Of a stretch of 64,000 bases of DNA, positions 39,123 to 48,900 are shown piece after piece. A model generated the notes under the pieces. That model was not told where the DNA came from and ran no database searches. It saw only the letters and a list, made by a program, of their open reading frames with translations. Positions within the stretch are counted from its first letter, which is position 1; every line of letters begins with the position of its first letter. This stretch comes from SAR324 cluster bacterium JCVI-SC AAA005 (lineage in GTDB: Bacteria; SAR324; NAC60-12). The DNA is taken from contig AGAU01000068.1 in the NCBI GenBank assembly GCA_000224765.2, positions 21,555 to 85,554 of the forward strand, given 5' to 3'. The translations under genes and the position numbers were made by a program.

Positions 39123-39952
39123 GCGAGAAGCAGTATCCAGTAGTAAAAGAAGGGGGTCGTGAGCAGGAAACTATCCAACCGATCCAGAATACCACCATGG
39201 CCAGGCAGTACCTTCCCGGAGTCCTTAACGCCACAGAGACGCTTCATTTTCGATTCAACCAGATCCCCGACTTGACTCAAAACTGAAATGAGAAAGGTGA
39301 GCAGCAAGGCCATTGGCCATGAAAATTCTAGCCAACTTACCGCAATCACAGAGCCAACCAGCATACTCCCTACAGTCCCGCAAAAACTCCCCTCACGGGT
39401 TTTCTTGGGACTGATTCCAGGAGCAAGAGAAGTTTTGCCAAATCTACGTCCACCAAAATAAGCGAGACTATCAGTGAGCACAATCACAACCAGCAACAGA
39501 CATAGGTTTAATTCGCCATGTGGAAGGTCCTTAATCAGTGTCATATGTGGAAAGCTCCAACCAACCCAAAACAATCCAAATAAAGCCCAACCCAAAGAAT
39601 GCAGTTCCTCCAATCGCTGCTTGCTGGAAAAAACCATCTCGTTCAAAATCCAGCCACCTACAACCAAGATCAACATTGCATTGAGGGCACCTATTCCTCC
39701 TAAGAGCGGACTGATACTCAGCAAAAAAGCCGAATAGAGCCAACCTCGCTGATTCAGGTGAATATTCTGTTGGGAGAGCATTGCTCGATATTCCTGCATA
39801 CCGAGTATGACCACCACCAAAACCAACAGACCAACCCATTGTGTAGTACCATAGGCCAACGAGAGTATCGCCACTAACATCATCACCACACCACTGAGCA
39901 GTCTTTGCGTTAGGTTGGAAGACCACCAAGTAGTTGGGCTTACTTCAGACAT
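39119..39952 (-). CDS. cdsA: Phosphatidate cytidylyltransferase
   Basis: C-terminal SKMKRLCGVKDSGKVLPGHGGILDRLDS signature. Polytopic. Confidence 0.9.
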   Translation of the reverse strand: MSEVSPTTWWSSNLTQRLLSGVVMMLVAILSLAYGTTQWVGLLVLVVVILGMQEYRAMLSQQNIHLNQRGWLYSAFLLSISPLLGGIGALNAMLILVVGGWILNEMVFSSKQRLEELHSLGWALFGLFWVGWSFPHMTLIKDLPHGELNLCLLLVVIVLTDSLAYFGGRRFGKTSLAPGISPKKTREGSFCGTVGSMLVGSVIAVSWLEFSWPMALLLTFLISVLSQVGDLVESKMKRLCGVKDSGKVLPGHGGILDRLDSFLLTTPFFYYWILLLA

Positions 39953-39978
39953 GCAGCTTCGATTAAAAATAAAAAATG

Positions 39979-40728
39979 TTAGGCAGAGACAGGTGTGATA
40001 TCACCCATTCTACGTTGCCTTTGTTGGTAGGCTGCCAAGGCCTTGTGAAAATCTTCTTTTGTAAAATCAGGCCATAGAACTTCAGTGTAGTAAAACTCCG
40101 CGTAGGCAGCCTGCCAGATAAGAAAATTTGAAAGCCTTTGTTCTCCACTTGTTCGAATGATCAGATCCGGATCGGGTAGACCTGAAGTGTATAAATGCTG
40201 ATTGATAGTCTCCTCATTAATTTCTCCAACGCGAAGTTCTCCACCTTCAATTTTACGGGCCATTTGCTGCATCGCTCTGACTAGTTCTGCTCGTCCACCA
40301 TAGTTGAGAGCAAGATTCAGCGTTAGGCCCGTATTGATCTCTGTCAACTTCAAAGCATCTTCGAGCGGTTTTTGAAGAAACTCTGGAAGGCGCGTGGGAT
40401 CCCCAGAGATCCGCATACTTACGTTATTCTCAAGCATTGTACCGAGTTCTTTCTGCAGATACTCGTGAAGCAACTCCATTAGTACATTAATCTCTTGGCG
40501 AGGGCGAACCCAATTTTCCGTAGAGAAAGCATATAGGGTAAGGACCTGCAATCCAAGTTCCGCTGCTGTTTCAACAACTGTGCGCACCGCACGGACTGCA
40601 TTGCGATGTCCTTGGAATCTAGGAATCAGACGATGCTCAGCCCAGCGCCCATTGCCATCCATGATTATGCCAACATGTTGTGGCAGCTTGGTAAGATCTA
40701 ATTGAGATAGAGATGGAGACGATGGCAT
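39979..40728 (-). CDS. uppS: Undecaprenyl diphosphate synthase (isoprenyl transferase)
   Basis: HVGIIMDGNGRWA, IRTSGEQRLSNFLIWQ. ATG 40728 is preferred. The ORF is open up to TTG 40782. Confidence 0.9.
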   Translation of the reverse strand: MPSSPSLSQLDLTKLPQHVGIIMDGNGRWAEHRLIPRFQGHRNAVRAVRTVVETAAELGLQVLTLYAFSTENWVRPRQEINVLMELLHEYLQKELGTMLENNVSMRISGDPTRLPEFLQKPLEDALKLTEINTGLTLNLALNYGGRAELVRAMQQMARKIEGGELRVGEINEETINQHLYTSGLPDPDLIIRTSGEQRLSNFLIWQAAYAEFYYTEVLWPDFTKEDFHKALAAYQQRQRRMGDITPVSA

Positions 40729-40900
40729 CTGAAGTTGTGAGCAAGCTATGGGGAACTTGATCCGAGGGAGATTGTGTTGCAAACGCTAAGTCAGGCCTGC
40801 TCCCAACGCAAGATTTTTATTGATTTGAAAGGAAGCTAAATAAGCCAAAGCGGTCCGAAGCATACTAGTTTCTACCCCAACCTTCAAACCACATGGAATA

Positions 40901-41938
40901 TTGACTGAATTTCGCCAGATTCTACTAATCCAACTCCGTCGATTAGGGGATGTGCTGATGACTACCCCTGCAATCCGCCAGCTCCACAAAGCCTTGCCTG
41001 ATGCTGAAATTACCTTTCTGACTGAAGCTCCGTCTGAACAACTCTTACAATACAATCCGCACTTGAGTGAGGTCTGGTTATTACCAAAGAAAATGACTTG
41101 GGGAGAGAGTATCAACTTTTTAAAACAACTGCGTCAAATGCGTTTTGACTGTGTGATCGACTTCTTCGGTAATCCTAGAAGTGCTTTCGTTAGTAGACTT
41201 AGTGGGGCTACAACAAGGGTTGGCTTTAATTTTCGAGGAAGATCTTGGCACTACACTCATGCGGTTACTCTCCAACATGGAGTCGGCTACGCTACTTCTC
41301 ACAAACTCCAGCTGCTGGAAGCGTTGGGATTGACGGTCGATACAAAAGATCTCTTACCCGAATTTCCAATCGGCGTGGAGGAAAAAGTTTTTGCAATGGG
41401 TTTGCTTGAACAATTAGGGGTGCAGCCAGGTGATAGAGTCATTTCCATCTCCCCGGTATCTCGCCAACCTTACAAGCGATGGCCATTGGAAAACTTCGCC
41501 CAACTCGCAGATTGGCTGATTGAACAGTATGAAGTAAAAGTCCTATTTGTATACGGACCTGGTGAGCAGGCGTTTGTTGATGCGTTGCGAAGACAAATGC
41601 GCTACGAGGCTCTTCCAAATTATGATCCACCAAACCTAGCTCAGACTCGGGCTCTTTTTGAACAGGTGATCCTTCACATCGGTAACGATAATGGGCCAAG
41701 GCATTTTGCGGTAGCTGCTGACATTCCGACTGTAGCAATTTTTGGAAGACCATTGGCTATGAATTGGACTCCACCCAACCAAAACAAACATTTAAGTTTT
41801 GAGTTCAATCCAGGTTGCAAGACTCAGTGTGATTATCCAAATTGCCAGTTGGAGTGTTTGAACACTCCCCTAATGAACGTACAGGAAGCAATTGCAAAGC
41901 AGTTGAAAGCACTTCACAATCCATTGTTATCATTATGA
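40901..41938 (+). CDS. Glycosyltransferase family 9 (LPS heptosyltransferase-like)
   Basis: ILLIQLRRLGDVLMTTPAIRQL and C-terminal GNDNGPRHFA. TTG start. Confidence 0.8.
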   Translation: MTEFRQILLIQLRRLGDVLMTTPAIRQLHKALPDAEITFLTEAPSEQLLQYNPHLSEVWLLPKKMTWGESINFLKQLRQMRFDCVIDFFGNPRSAFVSRLSGATTRVGFNFRGRSWHYTHAVTLQHGVGYATSHKLQLLEALGLTVDTKDLLPEFPIGVEEKVFAMGLLEQLGVQPGDRVISISPVSRQPYKRWPLENFAQLADWLIEQYEVKVLFVYGPGEQAFVDALRRQMRYEALPNYDPPNLAQTRALFEQVILHIGNDNGPRHFAVAADIPTVAIFGRPLAMNWTPPNQNKHLSFEFNPGCKTQCDYPNCQLECLNTPLMNVQEAIAKQLKALHNPLLSL

Positions 41939-42999
41939 AAATCCTACACTGGTTACATACTCGAAATTGGGGGGGACTGGAAAAATTTGTAGCTCTCTTC
42001 GCCTGCGAGTTGCAGAAGCAAAGTTGTAAAAACACGATATTTTTTAGCCGGCGGAATGGGATTGCGGACTGTAGAGAGCTACTCCAAAACTCCACTGTAG
42101 AACTTAAGACTGGGAACCAATTGGATCTTTGGCAAACTTTTAGAGAACAATCCCCTGACGCGATAATTCATTATACTGGCGATACGATGCATACCGCATG
42201 GCTGGCGGGTTTACTTAAATGGCCTAAAAACCACATTAGAATTTTCATGCATGGTTTTGGTCGTAAGCACGACATCTATCATCACTACCTTTATCAAAAA
42301 TTTAACTGTATTTTCCCAACTAGATTGACTCACAATCAGTCCAAAGAACGGTTACCTATTCCTAAAACACGTCGCCATTTCCAATATTTTGGAGTCCCTT
42401 TGGCTCACAAAATCCAAAAAAAGTCTCTGGATAGTCCACTAACACTAGTCTCGCTGTCAAGAATCGAACCTGCAAAAAGAATTCGTGAACTAGTTGAGGC
42501 AGTCGTAATCGCTTTTCAAAAGAACCCAAACCTGCAAGATCGATTCGTCATCAAGATTTTTGGGAAACCTCATGATCATGACACCAAGGGCCAGGATTAT
42601 CTGCAGCAACTCAGGCAAATGGTTCCTCACCATCTAAGTACAAAGATACTTTTTCCCGGGTTCACCAATGAGCCTCACTTGATTCTCGAACAAGCGCACT
42701 TTTTGTTTTTCACATCTCAGAATGAATTTTATGGATTTTCTTTGCTCGAAGCACTAGCCATTGGGACTCCAACAATTACTGTCACGCAAGGAAGCTTCAC
42801 AGAATTGAATCGAGAGGATTATGGTCGTTTTATTGATCTCGAAAAACCCGGATCGGTTCAAATGGTTCTTGAAGAAATCAATGTAATGTCAGCACTTGAA
42901 TATGAAAAACTTCAGGAAAACGCAAGAAACAGGGCAGAAGCCGAATTTGATATATCGAAGACAACAGATCAATTTCGGCAATGGCTAATCACCCGCTAA
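41935..42999 (+). CDS. Glycosyltransferase family 4 (GT-B)
   Basis: MKILHWLHTRNWGGLEKFV and the EX7E region EFYGFSLLEALAIGTP. ATGA overlap with the GT9 gene. Confidence 0.8.
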   Translation: MKILHWLHTRNWGGLEKFVALFACELQKQSCKNTIFFSRRNGIADCRELLQNSTVELKTGNQLDLWQTFREQSPDAIIHYTGDTMHTAWLAGLLKWPKNHIRIFMHGFGRKHDIYHHYLYQKFNCIFPTRLTHNQSKERLPIPKTRRHFQYFGVPLAHKIQKKSLDSPLTLVSLSRIEPAKRIRELVEAVVIAFQKNPNLQDRFVIKIFGKPHDHDTKGQDYLQQLRQMVPHHLSTKILFPGFTNEPHLILEQAHFLFFTSQNEFYGFSLLEALAIGTPTITVTQGSFTELNREDYGRFIDLEKPGSVQMVLEEINVMSALEYEKLQENARNRAEAEFDISKTTDQFRQWLITR

Positions 43000-43961
43000 C
43001 CCAGAGATGCGTATTCTTCCCTAAAGGCTCCATTAGGAAAGGGCAGAATCTGGAAGGAATCCAGTGCAAGGGAGATGGTTGGATTTTCAAGAAAATGAAT
43101 AGGAACTTTACCGTACCAGGCAGCCCACCCACTAAAGGTGCTAGGTGGGCCCAATATCAAGTCACACTTCGATAAAACCATCAGATCGCCGATTACAGTT
43201 CCGGGTCCTGAAAAACAGCGTAGATCTTGCTTTAAGCTTCCTTCCCACGGCACATCAGAGCAAATTAGGAAGGTGCATTCCCTAGAATGGTAAAGTTCCC
43301 TGATTTCCAGCATCTTCATTAAATATTGATCCAGAGAATAGAAGAAGCGACCTCCCACGAATTCTTGATAATCAGTCTGCCTCAAGTGGACACCCACAAG
43401 AACATCTGTATGTGCTCTCATTTGTGTGACAAACTGTGTCGCTTTTTCCTGACAACCACTCAATGGTGTCAAAAAGCTGCGGACCGTATCTCCATGCCGT
43501 AGGAACCATTCTTCTGGTGAATAAAAATGAAGTCCCTGTGTGAACAAGATATTCCAAGATTCATGAAATAAGTCATTCCAAAGTGAATCAGTTTGAATAA
43601 ATTTAGAACTTTGAGCTTTCGCCACTCTTATTCCAGAATTTTTTGAAATCGCTAAGGGCTTGGCCAATTTATAAGCTGAGCGATTTAACCAGTAAATCCA
43701 CTCTCTAGAAGCCAAAGAAGGGGAAATAGCATCTTTATCGCTGGGAAATTTCCCCCATCTCTGATCAGTAGTCCCTTGAAAAAAAACCGAATATTCAGCG
43801 AATGCTGGATTGAATATTCTCACTTCTTTCTCTAGCGCAAAAGCCAGCCAGTGTGCATAAAGTTGAAGCCGGTTACCAAGTCGACCTGTTTTTTTGCTAA
43901 TGATGATAGTTTTTTGCAAAAGTTTAGTGCTGGTTGAGTGTTCAGAAAAAGAGCATTTCAC
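42996..43961 (-). CDS. GT11-like glycosyltransferase (alpha-1,2-fucosyltransferase-like motifs)
   Basis: GRLGNRLQLYA compared with GGLGNQMFQYA, VGVHLRQTDY compared with HVRRGDY, and CSD...DLMVLSKCDLILGPPSTFSGWAAWYG. Confidence 0.55.
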   Translation of the reverse strand: MKCSFSEHSTSTKLLQKTIIISKKTGRLGNRLQLYAHWLAFALEKEVRIFNPAFAEYSVFFQGTTDQRWGKFPSDKDAISPSLASREWIYWLNRSAYKLAKPLAISKNSGIRVAKAQSSKFIQTDSLWNDLFHESWNILFTQGLHFYSPEEWFLRHGDTVRSFLTPLSGCQEKATQFVTQMRAHTDVLVGVHLRQTDYQEFVGGRFFYSLDQYLMKMLEIRELYHSRECTFLICSDVPWEGSLKQDLRCFSGPGTVIGDLMVLSKCDLILGPPSTFSGWAAWYGKVPIHFLENPTISLALDSFQILPFPNGAFREEYASLG

Positions 43962-43991
43962 TAATCCTGACCGTTGGCTGAGATACTGGTA

Positions 43992-44893
43992 TTAGGTGTA
44001 TTGCCCAACCAATTTTTCTGAATTTTTTAGCCCGTTGTTGGAGAGAATATAACAATTGTGTAAAGCACCTTGCTGAATCAATGGGATTTGAGCCTTAGTT
44101 GCTTCAGATACTGGAGGATTCATTGGACACTGGGCCAAATTGGTAGGAAAGTGGGTTCCTAACCAAAACCTGTACTTTAACCTAAGAATTTAGATTCTCT
44201 TCCTGCTCAACTTGGTTGAAAAATACATGAACTTGGCGCGATTCCAAATCTTACTGAAGTGTTTCTGTAATTCTAGGATGATGGGCAGAAATTAATTGGA
44301 GGACTTTTGTCATCTTGACTGCAGGTAAAAAATTGATTGGTTGGAACGGTAAATTATGTGTCTGATTGAGCAAATCACGGTCATTGTAAAAGTAATGCAG
44401 TAATCGGTGGAAATAGATTGCCTGAGAAATTCCAGTAGATTCATCACATATGGAGATTCTCTAAATGTGATCATCAATCCAGTTTAAGAAGCAATGAAAA
44501 AATCTAGGGTCAACGTGCTACAGCCAGCACTTAGATCCAAGAGGGTGATCTTAGTGGGAAGTTGATGTAATTATGCTATGAACCATGCCAATACATCACA
44601 TTCAGATCTGCCATTTAGGGAGCTGTCCAATCCCCTAAAAGAAATTGCAAATTTGGATGAAAGGTGGGTATTGGCAGGTTTGTCAATCGGCCAGAACGAT
44701 CTTGTAAAAATTCTCCCAACCCCGGATTGTTATTTTTCAACCCCAATTATTTGTGATGGTTTGCTCCACCAAAGTCTAAATCAGCAACGATTACTTGATG
44801 ACCCAATTTTGCAAGGGGGAAACATAGATTTGCTGTGATTAACATCTTGCCGACACCACTTTTGCCACTAGAAATCGGGATAATTAGTTTCAC
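43992..44893 (-). pseudogene. Decayed paralog of the adjacent MinD/ParA-family ATPase gene
   Basis: VKLIIPISSGKSGVGKMLITANL...VADLDFGGANHHK[TAA 44749-44747]LGLKNNNPGLGEFL...LLGDWTAP[TAA 44617-44615], then a frame switch to ITLLDLSAGCSTLTLDFFIAS[TAA 44486-44484]TGLMITFRESPYVMNLLEFLRQSI, and a C-terminal PMNPPVSEATKAQIPLIQ...LVGQYT*. This is colinear with the intact gene at 44977-45981. Confidence 0.8.
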
Positions 44894-44976
44894 AATTCCT
44901 GTTCTCTGGAAAAAATTACTGCTTGCTGCAATGATATAGAGCTTACATTCGAGAACCCATCTACCTAACAGGTCAC

Positions 44977-45981
44977 ATGAACACAACTCCAGCCAATCAG
45001 AAAACCGCCACAATTATTCCGATTGCGGGGGGCAAAGGAGGAGTGGGCAAAAGCCTGATTGCTGCAAATCTGGCTATTGTTCTGGCAAGACTGGGTCACA
45101 AGACAATCGGGATTGACTTGGATCTTGGTGCAGCTAATCTTCACAGTTGCCTCGGACTCAGTGGAGGCACTCCCCCTGGGCTAGCACGTTTCTTACGCTC
45201 AACGGACCAAGCCTCACTAGAATCATACCTAGCTCGTACTCCGCACCGCAATCTGCATCTGCTGGCTGGAGATGAAGGAAACCCCTTCTTGGCACAACTG
45301 AACGTGGCTCAGCAGCGAAGGTTGGTACAACAGATCCGGGCACTCCCCGCAGAATTTGTAATTCTGGATCTAGGGGCGGGCAGTTCATTTAGTACTTTGG
45401 ATTTCTTTCGAATTTCTCAAAAAGGCTTGCTGGTCACCACCCCAGAAATCACTTCTCTTCAAAACTTAATGAACTTTCTGAAAAATTTGGCTTTCCGCGT
45501 GATTGAACACTCCCTACCACAAGATCGTTCAATCCACCGCAAACTACAAACTCTCTACACTTCCCCACTAGAATTTAAAAGTGACCAACCTAGTTTGCTA
45601 CAAACCTTGCTCAATCCCCTAGATCCTGAGATTACAGAAAAAGTTTTGAGTAGTTGGCAACAATTCAGACCTCGCTTAGTCTTCAACCGAGGATTGGGGC
45701 CTGATGATCTCTCAATCATTCCCGAGTTAGAAAAACGCCTAAGGGACCAACTAGATTTGACCATAGAATTTATTGGCTATATCCCAGAAGACCTTGCTGT
45801 CCCCAATTCACTAAGGCAAGGTAGATCGTTGATGTCCTTTGCTTCTACCAGCAACGCAGGCCAAGATATGATCCGCCTCGCTCGAAGAGTACTTCGTCTC
45901 TGGGACCAGCCCATTCCCGACAGTGCCCGTCAACTGCAACAGTATACTCATCGTCTCTACTCAGAGAGTTCTTCACAGTAA
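44977..45981 (+). CDS. MinD/ParA/FlhG-superfamily P-loop ATPase
   Basis: IIPIAGGKGGVGKSLIAANLAIVLARLGHKTIGIDLDLGAANLH, FVILDLGAGSS, IPEDLAVPNSLRQGRSL. Confidence 0.85.
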   Translation: MNTTPANQKTATIIPIAGGKGGVGKSLIAANLAIVLARLGHKTIGIDLDLGAANLHSCLGLSGGTPPGLARFLRSTDQASLESYLARTPHRNLHLLAGDEGNPFLAQLNVAQQRRLVQQIRALPAEFVILDLGAGSSFSTLDFFRISQKGLLVTTPEITSLQNLMNFLKNLAFRVIEHSLPQDRSIHRKLQTLYTSPLEFKSDQPSLLQTLLNPLDPEITEKVLSSWQQFRPRLVFNRGLGPDDLSIIPELEKRLRDQLDLTIEFIGYIPEDLAVPNSLRQGRSLMSFASTSNAGQDMIRLARRVLRLWDQPIPDSARQLQQYTHRLYSESSSQ

Positions 45982-45987
45982 TTGTCT

Positions 45988-48900
45988 TCAGCGGGTGAAT
46001 CTCAATTCCACTCTACTGGATTGAAAGCGTGATGTGGTCGTCTCGAAAACTGGGTTCAACATAATCTGCTCTGCCGCCAGCAATCCTTTCTCAAGCAACA
46101 AATTACGAATATTGTAAACTCGCTGTTGTGCTAGCTCTTCCAAATCCCGATCCTCGATAGAAATCTCATCCAGTAGCTTCAACCGAACCTCTTCTTCACT
46201 TAGCCCCTGAGGGCTACCGTAGATTCGTTGAAACATTCGATTCAAGTATTTTTGCCGCTCATCTGAAGTAAGAGTCATCTGCGCTGGGATTGAATCTTCG
46301 ACATTCAGACGAATTAGCTCTGCAATTTTCTCAAGGCGAATTTGTCGATCTAGTTCCTTCTGTCGTAAAGCAGCAATTTCTGTTTCCCTACGTAATAGCG
46401 TCACCAATTCCATTTTCAACTGGGGTCGTTGATTTAATACATCTCTCAATCGATCCAGTTTTGTTTTTTCTGCAGCTGGGATGTCTAGACTTCCTGGTCG
46501 GAAACGGATGACCTGGGTATTCTCATCCAAATCCCCATCAAATACGACATCAGCGATCAGCGTGAATGGTGCAGTAACAGCCTTACTGATCAGAGTAGCA
46601 AAAACCGTCAGTGTAGCGTCCCAGAGCCCAAATTCTGGATCCTCCAAGCTTCCGCTAACAGGCACGGAAAGATCGATGGTACCTTGAGAATCTCGAAGTA
46701 ACCCAACCGCCAACTCTACTGGGAGATCCAGCGTGTCAGGTCCAGGGGTCTCAGGACCTAGCACCAGTCTTTGAATGAGAAGATTATTCTCAACGTCAAT
46801 TTCATCTCCAGCCGTTTTGTAATCAACAGATAAATCGACACTTCCTCTGTCAAACCGATAGCCAAGATAACGCTCTACGTATGGATTCGCCCATAGAAGG
46901 TCGAAATCTTGTGAATAAAGCTTGCCATTGACGCCCCATGAATCCCTGTGCCAATCAAAGGCAAGCTTCGCTTCGAGCGGAGCTACTCCCTCCCAACGCC
47001 CTTTTAAATCTAATTCCAAAGGAACATTTAAGCCCAGAATGTTTTGGATATCACCTTTGATTCTTTGTAGTGTAACAAGTACCGGATTGTTGTTAATTCT
47101 ATCATTCCAACTCAGAGTGCCTCCCTCCAGAGACAGTCTTTTTAGGAAAACTGGGCCAGGGTCCAAATTATGGTCTTCATCATCATCCTCAACCCCAAAA
47201 AGGACCATCCATTCCAACTCTCCATCAGTTTGCCTCCGGATTGGCAATTCAAAATCTGCCAATCGCATCGATCCTAGATCCAAGACAAAAGGATCAAACT
47301 CTAGCCGTCCATTATTTGTTTCAAACACAGTCCACTGGCCCATAAATTGACCTGTTTCCTTGGCAATCAACTTTGCATCTCGAATGCGAGCAAGACCGTC
47401 AAAACGTAACCACTCCCCTACAGAATCAAACTTGAAGTAAAATCGCCCCTGAAGGGTCCCGAGAGCCTGCTCAGCCTTCAGTGGCACATATTCGATCCAG
47501 TAGGGTTGCCAAGTTAGTAGATCAAAATCCACAAGATCAACATCAAGACTCAGATCCTTGTCAAAGCGAATGGAACCGTTTATAGACCCTTGTCCCGTCT
47601 GATCCAGATTTCCCTTTAGAGTAAAATTTTCTACCCACTGCCGATCAGTATTCAGGTTTTTGAGCTGCAGGGATCCGTTGCCAATCACCAATGGTGGAGT
47701 TGGAGTCGCTAGATCTTGCCAACTTAAGCGATCTAAGGTTGCCTCCAGTACAGCCAGATCCACTTGCCATGGCTGCTCATCACTAAAGTCAGTTGTTCGA
47801 TCTTGTTTGTTTGAAGTTGGTAGCCATCGTTCCCAATTAAATTTACCATCAGGTAACAAGGCTAGTTCGATCCAGCTTTTTTCCAAAGAAATGCTTTCGA
47901 CAAAAAATTCCTTTTTGATCCAATCAAGATCTAATTCCACAGCCACTGCTTTGGGTAGCCGGAGTTCCGGCTGTACTGCATCCGTAGGGGTCAATTGAAA
48001 TTGCTGCATATCCAGTTTCTCCAACTTCACCCTATGCTTAGCCCATGATAAATCTAGTCCCAGTGCGTTCAACTGTTCCAAATTCACAATTGGTGATTTC
48101 AAGGAATCCCCAATGATATTCAAATTTTGGAGTTGAAGTGCTCCAAGATTGAAGCGCTGGTCCTGAACTGCTAACGAAAGGCCTCCACTGGCCAGGCCCC
48201 CCATGGTTAGATTAGGAAAAGGAGAGTTTGCCTGTTTGAGAGATAATTGACGTAGGTTCAGAGACTCGAGTTCAAACCATTGCTTTGGCCACTCGACGAC
48301 CGCTCCGCTTACAGAAAGCTCAGCGAATTTGAGGTCTGGTAACGCATCCTGGGCTTCAACAAGTTCTAGATCCCAAAGATGCAGTTTCCCCCCGTCCACT
48401 CGCAACCGGAAAGGACTCCAATTGAGTTGCAATTGCACGGCGGTATTCATGCGACCAGAGTTGAGACGCCAGGGCAGTTGATCACGATAGTAAGATTCCC
48501 AAGGAAGTAGTTTTACATTCGCCTTGAGTGCACCTCTCCAAGTTTGCTCACCCCAGCTTGCAATACCATCAAGTGAAAATTCTTCCTGTTCAAGGGTAGT
48601 CAACTTGAGCCGAGTTCGACTTTCTCCTGTCAGTGGCCACCTAAAATCGTTCATCTCCAGCACAGGAATCTGCAGCTTTTTTTTGATATTTTCCCTGTTT
48701 TCTCGCTGATGAATCAAGTTCAGAGCCCCGCTGTCAACCCGCAGTTGATTGAGTTGGACTTGCCATGCTGTATTCTGATCACTGGCCTCACGATTCTTTG
48801 GAGCTAATGAGGGAACCAGCTGATTCCAATTAGTGGTCCAGTCCACATGAAGAGATAATAGAAATTGGGGTTGTCTTATGGAGAGAGATCCTATCGAAAC

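Noticed and set aside
44578-45013. Track ORFs 44578-44838 (+) and 44747-45013 (-) as intact small genes
   Set aside because: The minus-strand ORF is only the P-loop fragment of the dead MinD-like paralog, and its N-terminal extension runs into the intact gene's start. The plus-strand ORF is antisense to the remnant.
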